From contig JAJRXK010000108.1 of the NCBI GenBank assembly GCA_024276305.1, forward strand, positions 8,172-72,171: DNA of 64,000 nt. Reading direction: 5' to 3'. Source of the stretch: Candidatus Krumholzibacteriota bacterium (lineage in GTDB: Bacteria > Krumholzibacteriota > Krumholzibacteriia > JAJRXK01). The first letter of the stretch is position 1. Every line of letters starts with the position of its first letter. A model generated the notes under the pieces. That model saw only the letters and a program-made list of their open reading frames with translations. It had not been told where the DNA came from and made no database searches. Both the position numbers and the translations under genes were made by a program. This document shows, one piece after another, positions 55,387 to 64,000 of the stretch.

Positions 55387-57795
55387 ATGGAGATGGCGAG
55401 AGCCCTCGCCCGAGGCTCGGGGATCGCGGAGATCATCCGCCCCATTCTCGACCACATCGCCTTCCGCTGCGGTCGGGAAGCGATCGCTCTCTACGAACTC
55501 TCCGAGTCCGGAGGGAGCCGGCGAGTGGCCGCGGTCGGAAGCCTGGCCGCGGGAGAGGGGCAGGTGCCGGTGGCCCTGTTTCCGCTCCTGCATCAGGTCC
55601 TGAAGACGGGCCAGCCCCGAAGCCTGGAGTCTTCGGTGCTCGAGGAGGAGCTGCGCGGCACGCCTTATCAGCTCCTCCGGAGTGCAACCCTCCTTCCCAT
55701 CTCGGTGACCGACGATCTCGGCGCGGTCTTGGCTCTCGGAGACCCGATCCGTTCCGAGGCCGAGGACGAGGGTCGGGATCTCGTCACCGAACTGAGCTGC
55801 GAAGTGGGAACCTTGGCCCTCGTCCTCGTGCACCAAGCCCATGCCCAGCCTCTGCATCGAGGAGTAGAAGCCGAGCCGGATCCCACCGAGCGCATGTTGG
55901 CCCTGACGACCTTGAGAGACATGATTCCCCAGGTGGTGTTGGTCAAGGACCTCGAGAACCGGGTGTTGTGGGCGAATCGCCGGGCCGAGGAGTTCTACCA
56001 TCTGCGTCGGGAGCAGATGGAAGGCGAATTCCTCTGGGAGATCGATCCTCTCAACGCGGCCCAGTCCTACCGGGCCGATCTGGCCGTTCTCGAATCGGGG
56101 GAGGCCCAGTCGGGCTCGTTGGAGTGCATCACCGGGATGCAGGGCGAAGAGGTCTGGCTCCGAGTGGATCGAGCTCCGGTCTTCGGAGATGGGGGCCGGA
56201 TCGTGGCCGTGGTCACCGCCGCCGAGGAGGTCAGCGATCAGCTGCGCTCGGCCGAAGCACTCCGGCAGCGGGAAGAGGACGCATCCCGGGCCGAACGCCG
56301 CCGGGACCAGTATCTCCTGGCCCTGGCCAGCGAAGTTCGGGAGCCCTTGGTGCAGGCCCAGCGACGCCTGGCCCAGTTGCGAAGCTCCGAAGAAGATTCC
56401 GCCCTCGCCCAGGCCCTCGACGCGATCCTCGAGATTCAACAGCAGTCCCTGTCCAACATTCAGGATCTCCTCGATTTCTCGCGGGTGGAGAATGGCAACC
56501 TGGCCATCCAGACCTACGATTTCGACCTCGAGGAGATCGTCTGGGACGTGCTTTCGGCCTGCGAGCGAAGTGCGCGGCGCCGAGGCATCGAATTGGCGAG
56601 CCGAGTCGCTCCGGAATGCCCGACCCGGGTTGCCGGCGATGCCAGCCGGGTCCGCCAGATCTTGATCCAGATCGTGGGATGTGCGCTGCGGGTGGCGCGA
56701 GGCGGAGAGGTCTTTCTGCTCTGTTCTCCTCTCGGCGAAGATCGCACCGCGCCTCTTCTGCGATTCGAAGTGCGCGCCCCGTCGTCGAATCTCAATCTCC
56801 AGGAGCTCGAGGAGTATTTCGCGGCCTACCGCAGCGACGTGGCTGCCGGCGAAGCGGTGGATTCGACCCACGAACTCCGGCTGGCCCTGGCCCGGACGCT
56901 GACCCGTCTGCTGGGAGGCGAGGTCGACGTGGAGATTGCCGCCGATCGCAGTTTCGTGTGTCGGTGTCAGATTCCTCTGCGCCGCCCCATCGATCTGGGG
57001 GTTGTCGGCGCGAGTGCTCTCCCCCGGGCGGGAGCACGAGTCCTGCTCTGCGAACCGAATGCGAATATGCGAGCCATTCACGATCAGCGTCTGCGAGATC
57101 TACAGATGGTCGTCGACACCGCCTCCCAGCCGAGGGTGGGAGCGGAGATGGTGCGGGCGGCCTTCCAATCGGGGTGGCCCTACGACGTCGTGATCTGCGA
57201 GCGCTCCGACGAGGGGCAGGATTCCCAGCTCGCGACCGCGGTGGACGAGGTCGGTCGAGGAACCATGGTCTGGATGATGGACGGTCGCCCCTCGAGGGAA
57301 GAGATCGAGAGCGGTGAAGTGCTCCGTCTCCCCTGGCGGCAGAACGATCTCCGTGAGCTCCTCTGCCGAAGTTGTGGAGCCCAATCGGGAGAGGTCGATC
57401 TGCGTTCCGGCCACGAAGGGGAGCGCAGTTTTCTGGTGGTGGACGACGATCCCGTGCGGGCCCAGGTGACGGCGTTCGCCTTGCGGCGGATCGGTGGAAG
57501 CGTGTGGGTGGCGTCGAAGCAGGAGGAGGCCCTCGACCAGATCGAGCGCAGGGACTTCGACCTGGTGATCGTGGACGAGGACTGGCTCGCGCGGGGACAC
57601 GAAAGCATCGTCGACGATCTGCGCCGTCTGGAGGGGAGTCAGCGTCGCACCCGCATCGCGGTGGGAGTCCACGAAGTGGATCCGGCGCGAGTGGAAGAGC
57701 TGGCCGCCCGCGGATTCGATGGGCTCATCGGGAAGCCCCTCGACGTCGACGCCCTCTTTCGCATCCTTGCCTGCGGTGGGATGGTGACCCTCTGA
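55387..57795 (+). CDS. Hybrid sensor protein: GAF-PAS, degenerate (pseudo) HisKA/HATPase, degenerate receiver, then intact receiver
   Basis: H-box reads ASEVREPL (no His). N, G1 and G2 boxes are replaced (CALRVA, APSSNL, ELRLAL). The first REC-like domain lacks the acidic pocket (LLCEPNA, ICERSD). The final REC is intact (LVVDDDP, DLVIVDED, GKPLD). Confidence 0.75.
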   Translation: MEMARALARGSGIAEIIRPILDHIAFRCGREAIALYELSESGGSRRVAAVGSLAAGEGQVPVALFPLLHQVLKTGQPRSLESSVLEEELRGTPYQLLRSATLLPISVTDDLGAVLALGDPIRSEAEDEGRDLVTELSCEVGTLALVLVHQAHAQPLHRGVEAEPDPTERMLALTTLRDMIPQVVLVKDLENRVLWANRRAEEFYHLRREQMEGEFLWEIDPLNAAQSYRADLAVLESGEAQSGSLECITGMQGEEVWLRVDRAPVFGDGGRIVAVVTAAEEVSDQLRSAEALRQREEDASRAERRRDQYLLALASEVREPLVQAQRRLAQLRSSEEDSALAQALDAILEIQQQSLSNIQDLLDFSRVENGNLAIQTYDFDLEEIVWDVLSACERSARRRGIELASRVAPECPTRVAGDASRVRQILIQIVGCALRVARGGEVFLLCSPLGEDRTAPLLRFEVRAPSSNLNLQELEEYFAAYRSDVAAGEAVDSTHELRLALARTLTRLLGGEVDVEIAADRSFVCRCQIPLRRPIDLGVVGASALPRAGARVLLCEPNANMRAIHDQRLRDLQMVVDTASQPRVGAEMVRAAFQSGWPYDVVICERSDEGQDSQLATAVDEVGRGTMVWMMDGRPSREEIESGEVLRLPWRQNDLRELLCRSCGAQSGEVDLRSGHEGERSFLVVDDDPVRAQVTAFALRRIGGSVWVASKQEEALDQIERRDFDLVIVDEDWLARGHESIVDDLRRLEGSQRRTRIAVGVHEVDPARVEELAARGFDGLIGKPLDVDALFRILACGGMVTL

Positions 57796-57823
57796 GTTTC
57801 GGTCCGAGACTTCGACCTTCATC

Positions 57824-57856
57824 GAGAAGCCCCGGTCCCTGAGACCGGGGCTTCTC
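57824..57856. terminator. Perfect 14-bp stem / 5-nt loop hairpin between convergent genes
   Basis: gagaagccccggtc-cctga-gaccggggcttctc, 30 nt after the sensor gene's stop. Confidence 0.5.
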
Positions 57857-57910
57857 GCCGCTACCCTTGGGGAGGGCTGGCGTGGCTCCGCCGTGCGGTG
57901 GCGAAGAGAT

Positions 57911-58894
57911 TCAATTCTCGTGCAGCTCCTCGAGTTCCGCGCGAAGTTCGCTCACCTGCTCCTGCAGCTCCTCGAGTTTCTCGCGAAGGCTCCGATCCCC
58001 GCGCATCTCTTGGTATTGGTGAAGTCGCATCCTGGGTCCCCGGAACTTGTGGAGTCCCTGGGGCGCTCTCGGGGGTCCGGGGAAGCGATCGTTCTTGCCA
58101 TCGGGAATGACCATGGTGAAGAACTGATCCTCCTGGAGTTCGACTTCGACGCTCTTCTTCTTTTTCTCGCGGAGGAAGTCGATCTTCACCCGGTCTCCGC
58201 TCTCGTAGTCCGAAAGGGCGGCCTGAAGGTCCGTAGTGTCTTCGACCTCTTCGCCGTCGACGGCCAGAATGACATCGCCCGGCTGCAGTCCCGCCTCCTC
58301 CGCTGCGGAATCCTCGGCCACGCTCAGGACCAGGGCCCCCTCCTCCGTTCCGAAGTAGCGGCCCAGCTCCTTGCCGAGGGTCTCGATCCGGGCCCCGAGG
58401 ACTCCGTGGCGGCGCCAGGAAAAACCGGGGATGTCGCCATCGAAGACTTCGATGTCGTCGTCATCCCCCGAGAAGAAGGCGAAGTTGCGGGATTGGGGGC
58501 TCTTTCCCAGGGTCACCTCGATCTTCTTGGTCTTGCCCTTGCGGAGGACTTCGACGGTGACCTCATCGCCGGCCTTCGAACGGCGGACGCGTCGCGTCAA
58601 TCCGCGCACGCTCTTGGCCGCAGTTCCGTCGAAGCTGATGATGACGTCCCCTTGTTCGATGCCGGCTTCCTCCGCCGGACTGTCTTCGACGACATCGCGC
58701 ACCAGGACGCCGTGATCGGTGCCTTCGAGGTCGAGGGCGACGAGGAGTGCATCGTCGAGGTCTTGGAGGTGAACTCCCAGATAGCCGTGGGCGGCCCCCG
58801 CGAAGGCCGGCCCGGCAAAGAGTGCCACGGCGAGGATGGTCATCAGCACGAGGCGGCGCCGAGGTCCGGACGAGGCTTGGGAATCGAGAATCAT
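57911..58894 (-). CDS. Periplasmic tandem-PDZ-domain protein with C-terminal coiled coil
   Basis: Signal peptide. Two PDZ domains (GVLVRDVVEDSPAEEAGIEQGDVI, ALVLSVAEDSAAEEAGLQPGDVI). Confidence 0.75.
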   Translation of the reverse strand: MILDSQASSGPRRRLVLMTILAVALFAGPAFAGAAHGYLGVHLQDLDDALLVALDLEGTDHGVLVRDVVEDSPAEEAGIEQGDVIISFDGTAAKSVRGLTRRVRRSKAGDEVTVEVLRKGKTKKIEVTLGKSPQSRNFAFFSGDDDDIEVFDGDIPGFSWRRHGVLGARIETLGKELGRYFGTEEGALVLSVAEDSAAEEAGLQPGDVILAVDGEEVEDTTDLQAALSDYESGDRVKIDFLREKKKKSVEVELQEDQFFTMVIPDGKNDRFPGPPRAPQGLHKFRGPRMRLHQYQEMRGDRSLREKLEELQEQVSELRAELEELHEN

Positions 58895-59079
58895 AGCAGC
58901 AGCTCCTAGCGGTCTTGAAGAGACACAGATGAAGCGACTCGCTGAGAGTCCTTCGGCTGCGGGTTCGATCGTCGTACGCGGTCCAGCCTTCCGGGTTCCA
59001 ATCGAGTCCAGAGTCCCGGCAATCGCCGTTCAAGATCTCTGGAGGGTGGCCGAAGACCCAGGAGAAGCCCTGTCCCTCG

Positions 59080-61122
59080 GTGACCGGGCGATCCTCCTCA
59101 CCAGCGTGGGAAGCCTTGGCTCCTCTATCTCTTCGTCAGCGATTCTTGGTCGCTCTGCTGCCGGTAGTGGTGGGAGGGCCTCTGGTGGTCGGCCTGGTGG
59201 CGGAGTGGTCCGCATCCCGGTCGAGAGATGCCCACTGGCGGCGCGAACTCGATGTTGGTCTGGCCGCGGTGTCGGCCCCGGTGGTCTCGCACCTGGGCGA
59301 TCTGGATTCGGCCGCTCGAGTCTTCGCCGACCGCTGGGAAGCCTTGGGAGCGGAAGCGGCGGGAGTGGAGGTGGCCCGACGCACTCCGGCTCCGGCTTGG
59401 GTGGAAGAGGCCCGGCTCCTTCTGCGCCAGTGGCCCGAAGTCGAGGAAGTCTTCGCGGTGGCGGACTCCCGCTCCGGAAAGGTCTACGCCCAGGTGCGGC
59501 GAGACTGGGTCCGCAGCTCCGTACTGCGGTCGGAGTCGGGCCCTCCGTGGGTGCGACGACGCGAAGCCCCGCCCCGCCCCGCCTTCCGCTTCACCGAGTC
59601 CGAGGGTGGTCCTCGTCTCTTCTGGACCCCGGAGTCGGGAGAGGATTCCCGTTTCGCGGTGGGTTTGGTCCTCGATCCCCGCTTTCTTCGGCGCGAGGAG
59701 GGGCCCTTCGATCTGGACCTGCCCCACTACTTTGCCCTTCTGGCCCCCGGGGGAGAGGTTCTCTTCGCCCGGAGCGTGGGCGCGGGAGCGATGTGGCCGA
59801 AAGAGCTGGCGCAGCGAGTGCGCACCATGGATCCGGCCCGCCCCGTCGATCCCCAAGCCTGGGAAGCGGAGGGTCGGAGTTGGTGGGTGGGTTGGCGCCA
59901 CGATCCCGCTTCGGGGCTGACTGCGGTTCTGGCCATGTCGCCGGACTCCCAAGGAGGACCGCAGAAATCCCTGGTGCTGGCCCTGGTCATCGCCCTGGCT
60001 GCACTCACCGGCAGCCTCTTCATCAACCACCTCGTGGGCAGGGTGACCCGTCCCCTCGAGAGGTTGGGAAAGGCCATGCGCAGGGTCGCATCAGGGGATC
60101 TCCGGCCCCGCATTCCGGTGCGGGGAAGCGACGAGATGGTCCACCTGGCGCGGTCCTTCAACTCCATGGTGACCGATCTCCACACCACCCATGAGGCCAT
60201 GCTCACCCAACGGGTGGCTCTGAGCGATGCGCTGAGGGAAGCCGAGAGCGTGGAGCGAATGAAGGACGATTTCCTGGCCCTGGTGAGCCACGAGGTGCGC
60301 ACTCCTCTGACCACCATCCTCGGAGGAATCGAATTCCTCCTCGAAGGATTTCGCGAGAGCGACAGCACTACCGAAATCGAGTTCATGACCATGGTGCAGC
60401 AGAGTGCGCAGCGCCTCGGCGATTTCATGAACGACGCCATTCTCATGGCCAACCTTCAGTCCAAGGGCGGAGAACAGGGCTTCGAGGAATTCTCCCTGAC
60501 CGGACTCGTCGACATGGAGATCGCACGGGTGCAGAAGCAGATCGAGGGCTTGGAACTCCACCTCGCTCCGAACTTTCGCCAGACCAAGGAAGTCTTCGTG
60601 GAAGGCGATTGGACTCTCTTCCAAGTCGCCGTTCAGAAGTTGCTCGACAATGCCTGGCGTCACAATCGTCCCCAGGGGAGGATCGTGGTCGACATCGTGG
60701 ACCGGATCGAGGAGGACTCGGGAGAGGATCTCGCGACGCACATGGTGGGTCTCGGACGGGGTCCGCGCCAGGAGTCCCATGTGTGGCGCGCTCTGCGCAT
60801 CGTGAACACTGGAGATTGTGTCGAGGCCCACGAGATCCCCCGACTCTTTCGCCGATTCGAACTCTCGCACGAGATCGACCACCACCAGAAAGGCTCGGGA
60901 CTGTCCTTGCCCATCGTGGCGTCCATCACCGACTACCACGGGGGAGTCCTCGAGGCCCGGCCCCGTCCGGGAGAGGGGATGGCCTTCTACCTCATTCTCT
61001 CCATGCGCGAGGCCGAGGCGCCTCGAAACCGAGTCCCGAATCAGGAGGAAGGCATCGACGATGTGGTCCGGATGGCCCGTGAACTCGGAGAGGTCCCCCG
61101 GGATCAGCCCGTCGCACTCTGA
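59080..61122 (+). CDS. Sensor histidine kinase (periplasmic sensor, HAMP, HisKA, HATPase)
   Basis: SHEVRTPL H-box. N box (LLDNAWRHN). G1 (NTGD) and G2 (GSGLSL) boxes. GTG start at 59080, with an alternative TTG about 40 nt downstream. Confidence 0.8.
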   Translation: MTGRSSSPAWEALAPLSLRQRFLVALLPVVVGGPLVVGLVAEWSASRSRDAHWRRELDVGLAAVSAPVVSHLGDLDSAARVFADRWEALGAEAAGVEVARRTPAPAWVEEARLLLRQWPEVEEVFAVADSRSGKVYAQVRRDWVRSSVLRSESGPPWVRRREAPPRPAFRFTESEGGPRLFWTPESGEDSRFAVGLVLDPRFLRREEGPFDLDLPHYFALLAPGGEVLFARSVGAGAMWPKELAQRVRTMDPARPVDPQAWEAEGRSWWVGWRHDPASGLTAVLAMSPDSQGGPQKSLVLALVIALAALTGSLFINHLVGRVTRPLERLGKAMRRVASGDLRPRIPVRGSDEMVHLARSFNSMVTDLHTTHEAMLTQRVALSDALREAESVERMKDDFLALVSHEVRTPLTTILGGIEFLLEGFRESDSTTEIEFMTMVQQSAQRLGDFMNDAILMANLQSKGGEQGFEEFSLTGLVDMEIARVQKQIEGLELHLAPNFRQTKEVFVEGDWTLFQVAVQKLLDNAWRHNRPQGRIVVDIVDRIEEDSGEDLATHMVGLGRGPRQESHVWRALRIVNTGDCVEAHEIPRLFRRFELSHEIDHHQKGSGLSLPIVASITDYHGGVLEARPRPGEGMAFYLILSMREAEAPRNRVPNQEEGIDDVVRMARELGEVPRDQPVAL

Positions 61123-61132
61123 TGGTTCGGCC

Positions 61133-62596
61133 TCAACGCCACGGAAGAGAGATGGCGGAGCTGAGCGCGATCTCCCGACTCCCGCTCGAATTGTAGGCGT
61201 GGGACTGCAGGCCCACCTCGAAGTCGAAGGCGGACCCCCGCCGGAGGAGTCCGGCCCCTCCCTGCCACCGCCGCCGCCGGTCGAATTCGATCCCCCCGCG
61301 CAAGACGAATCGGTCTCCCAGGCCCCCCTCCATGGCGGCGCGGAGGGCCGTGCCTCCCAATCCCCCGTCGGCCTGCAGGCCGATTCTCCGCGCCCCTCCT
61401 CGCCAACCCAGGTCCAGGCGCCATCGAGAGGCCGGACCCGATTCTTTCAGGCGGAGGGAACTCCCCTCTCGGCTTCGCGTGACTTCGTGGGTCAGGGGAT
61501 CGGTCTCGAAGAGGTCGACGGAGCTTCCGGGCCACCTCCATTCGGCCAGCAGGTCCGAGACTCCCGCCCCCAGTTCCCACCCTCCCATGCGGAGGGAGAC
61601 TCCCAGGTCGGCGGCCCAGGTCCCGGCTAGGCCGGAGAGCCCTCGGGCCCGAGAGAATTCTCGGCGCATTTGCGGCCGGTACTGGAGTTGCGACCCCGTG
61701 GACTCGAATTCGAGGCGTCCTCGGTAGCGCCGGTAGAAGAGACCGGTGCTCCGTCGCAGGCTCCATCCCACGGCCAGGCGCAGGGCGCGGGTCTGGGAAT
61801 TCCAGTAGGCCTCCCGCCAGTCCTCTCCGGCCCGAGGCGCGGGCCGATAGACCTCGAATTGCTTGGCCCAGCTGATGCCGCTGCTCAGATTCGCCGCGGT
61901 CCAGGTGTCCACGGTGGCGATGCCCAGGGCGCCCGGGAGCGGGGAATCTCCGTCCATCCAGGATTGCAGGCGGCGGTCGGGACGCAGATCGACCTGGACC
62001 CGCTCTTCGACCTGTGCGACCACCACCCTCAGGGTTCCCCACTGCTGGCCCAGGGGCCACTGCCTCGCCAGGGCTCCGAGGACCCGAGTGAGGCCGAGGT
62101 CACCCCCTCTTCGGGGAAGGATCTCTCTCAGGGAGGTGGGTGAGAGAAGGGCCAGGCTCGGCTCCGTCCCCGTGGGGCCGCCGAAGCCCAGTCCCTCGAA
62201 GTGCTTTCCCCCTCCGCTCAACACCAGCGGATGACGCAGACCCAGGTCCACCGCTCGGATCCACTCGAAGTCCCCGGTCTGCGGATCGAAGCTGGGCCGG
62301 TCGAAGAGCCAGGTTCCCAGCCCGAGGGGCAGTGGCAGGCGATGCCCTCGGCGATGCCCTCGGCGGGGACCTTCCTCCCAGGCCAGGTACGAAGGATTGG
62401 CCGCCAAGCTCGATGCGTCGCGGTTCCCGAAGGCAGTGCCCGCCAACGCGGCCGATCGGGGGTCGAGGCTCTGACCCTGGGCCGGAGCGAAGAGGCTGGC
62501 CCAGGAGAGGGCCACTCCGAAAAGGATCGCCACCGACCTTCTCGCCGAAGCACCCCGTTTCGGGGTCGATGGATTCGGGGATGCCAGGCGCCGCAC
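61133..62596 (-). CDS. Secreted hypothetical protein (possible outer-membrane beta-barrel)
   Basis: Signal peptide ARRSVAILFGVALSWASLFAPAQG. Gly/Arg/Trp-rich. No recognised domain. Confidence 0.5.
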   Translation of the reverse strand: MRRLASPNPSTPKRGASARRSVAILFGVALSWASLFAPAQGQSLDPRSAALAGTAFGNRDASSLAANPSYLAWEEGPRRGHRRGHRLPLPLGLGTWLFDRPSFDPQTGDFEWIRAVDLGLRHPLVLSGGGKHFEGLGFGGPTGTEPSLALLSPTSLREILPRRGGDLGLTRVLGALARQWPLGQQWGTLRVVVAQVEERVQVDLRPDRRLQSWMDGDSPLPGALGIATVDTWTAANLSSGISWAKQFEVYRPAPRAGEDWREAYWNSQTRALRLAVGWSLRRSTGLFYRRYRGRLEFESTGSQLQYRPQMRREFSRARGLSGLAGTWAADLGVSLRMGGWELGAGVSDLLAEWRWPGSSVDLFETDPLTHEVTRSREGSSLRLKESGPASRWRLDLGWRGGARRIGLQADGGLGGTALRAAMEGGLGDRFVLRGGIEFDRRRRWQGGAGLLRRGSAFDFEVGLQSHAYNSSGSREIALSSAISLPWR

Positions 62597-62661
62597 TTGG
62601 TCCCTCCGGTCCTGGCGTGGTACAAGACCCAGGAACCTTCAGTGGGAGAGGATACATATCG

Positions 62662-63648
62662 ATGACGACTCGGAGATTACGCGCCCGGCTGCATCATCAC
62701 CAGTCCGCAACTCCTTCGCCCCGCGCCATGGCGGGAGGAGTGGTCCTCTTGGTGATGGCACTGGCGTCCCTGGTTTCGGCCGAGCCCCGGCTCGAGATTC
62801 TCTCACGCGAGATGATCGACGATGTCGAGCAGGCCTACGTGCGCTACCCGTCTGGGGACCTCCAAGTCACCGGTTGGATCTTCGTCAATCCCTTCGGCGA
62901 GAACGACGTCGAGCCGGGGCTGATCTTCGCCCACGGCGGAGTGGGTGGAGTCAACGAGGCCACCCGTGCGAAGTGCCGATGGTTGGCGCAGCAGGGATAC
63001 ATCGTCTTCGCGCCGAGCTACCGCGGGGAGGACGACAGCGAAGGAGAAATCGAAATCGCCGAGGGGGAAGTCGACGACGTGGTGCATGCCATCCTCGAAC
63101 TCCGCTCCCACCCGGGGATCGAAACCGACACCTTCGTCCTGCTCGGACTGAGTCACGGCGCGCTCATCTCCGTCAAAGCGGCGGCTCGTCCCGAGCTGCG
63201 GGGAGTGGTGCGGGCGGTGGTCGCGGCTTATGGAGTCATGGACATCTACGCCTGGTATCAGTACCTCCTCGACCACGACTTCGACGTCGGTGATGCCCTC
63301 AGCCAGAGGGTCTACGGCTCCGGCCCCGAGGACCGTCCGGAGGCCTTCGCCCGCCGTCACGGTCTTGCGGTGATCGACGACCTCTCCGACGCTCCGATCC
63401 TCCTGATCCAGGGGGGGCGGGACGAGATCGTTCCTCGGTCCCAAGCGACCACCATGATCGCCGCGTTGCGCGAGAAGGGACGGCTTCAGGATCGGATCCG
63501 GATCTACCCCGATGTGGGTCATGGATTCCTCTATTGGGACGATCCCAAGCTCCACGAGCAGGTGGAGCTGCGTCAGGCGACCACCGCGTGGCAGGACATC
63601 CTCAGCTTCTTCGCGGAATTCGTGGGGCACGACGAGTACGGGGGTTAG
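62662..63648 (+). CDS. Secreted alpha/beta-hydrolase (S9/dienelactone-hydrolase-like)
   Basis: Signal peptide. GLSHGA nucleophile elbow. Asp and His (VGHGF) near the C-terminus. Confidence 0.8.
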   Translation: MTTRRLRARLHHHQSATPSPRAMAGGVVLLVMALASLVSAEPRLEILSREMIDDVEQAYVRYPSGDLQVTGWIFVNPFGENDVEPGLIFAHGGVGGVNEATRAKCRWLAQQGYIVFAPSYRGEDDSEGEIEIAEGEVDDVVHAILELRSHPGIETDTFVLLGLSHGALISVKAAARPELRGVVRAVVAAYGVMDIYAWYQYLLDHDFDVGDALSQRVYGSGPEDRPEAFARRHGLAVIDDLSDAPILLIQGGRDEIVPRSQATTMIAALREKGRLQDRIRIYPDVGHGFLYWDDPKLHEQVELRQATTAWQDILSFFAEFVGHDEYGG

Positions 63649-63653
63649 CCCGT

Positions 63654-64000
63654 GTTGCGGTGGCCTCCCCTTCTGGGCGCGGGTCGATGGGTGGCCGTGA
63701 TCTGCGGACTGGCGGCCCTTCTCTGCGTGGCGGTGTCGGCGGGTCTGGCGGCCGCAGATCCGACCCCTCTCCGACGCACTCTCCTCGATCCGCCGGGTTG
63801 GATCCGGGCCGAAGCCTCCCTGGGGACGGCGGTGGCCCGGGTGGAGGAAGTCTGGACCGAGGTCGCCGGGGACATCGCGGCGGGATTGGAGGTGGACCGC
63901 CCCGCTCCGGTGGAGATCGTTCTTCTGGAGTCGGAAACCTTCGCGCGGTGGTCGCGGGGACTGCTGCCGGAATGGGGGGTGGGCTTCGCGAACTGGCCTG
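63654..64000 (+). CDS. Partial ORF (5' end only) encoding a signal-peptide protein, runs off right edge
   Basis: GTG 3 nt after the upstream stop. VLRWPPLLGAGRWVAVICGLAALLCVAVSAGLAAA... The frame is open to the window end. It is not in the ORF track because no stop lies inside the window. Confidence 0.35.

Noticed and set aside
1-64000. Search for tRNA, rRNA, integrase/transposase, phage or toxin-antitoxin genes
   Set aside because: No non-coding gap exceeds about 340 bp. None shows a tRNA-like cloverleaf or rRNA signature. No recombinase, phage structural or toxin-antitoxin-like ORFs were found.

Overview
High-GC bacterial chromosomal segment of about 49 protein-coding genes. Most genes are cell-envelope, efflux, secreted-hydrolase and signalling functions. 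I found no rRNA, tRNA, CRISPR array, integrase or transposase. A type-IX-secretion C-terminal sorting domain on a secreted nuclease/phosphatase, together with the high GC, suggests a Gemmatimonadota-like or other FCB-group origin. This is inference only.

The main things found by reading both strands are:

- **In-frame stop codons in two conserved genes within 4.4 kb.** A long-chain acyl-CoA ligase contains an in-frame TAA, and a class I glutamine amidotransferase contains an in-frame TAG. In both, the conserved downstream homology continues in the same frame, so each is a pseudogene, a sequencing error, or a recoded/readthrough gene.
- **A long extension on the ligase.** Past its TAA the ligase frame continues for at least 486 further codons of unrecognised sequence to the window edge.
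- **A seamless RND-permease::TolC-like fusion frame.** A 1461-codon ORF joins an RND permease to a TolC-family outer membrane factor that keeps its own ATG and cleavable signal peptide exactly at the junction.
- **Two tandem TetR-controlled RND efflux operons** with different gene order and distinct palindromic operators.
- **A secreted protein built from 16-residue glycine-rich tandem repeats.**
- **A hybrid sensor with a catalytically dead kinase core** (no phospho-His, degenerate ATP-binding boxes) fused to an intact receiver domain.
- **A porin / FMN-binding protein / membrane protein / ApbE flavin-transferase module** downstream of a 19-bp palindrome.
- **A thioredoxin-NHL protein paired with a six-cysteine membrane peptide.**

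Coordinates of gene starts are judged from Shine-Dalgarno context and signal peptides and may be off by a few codons.
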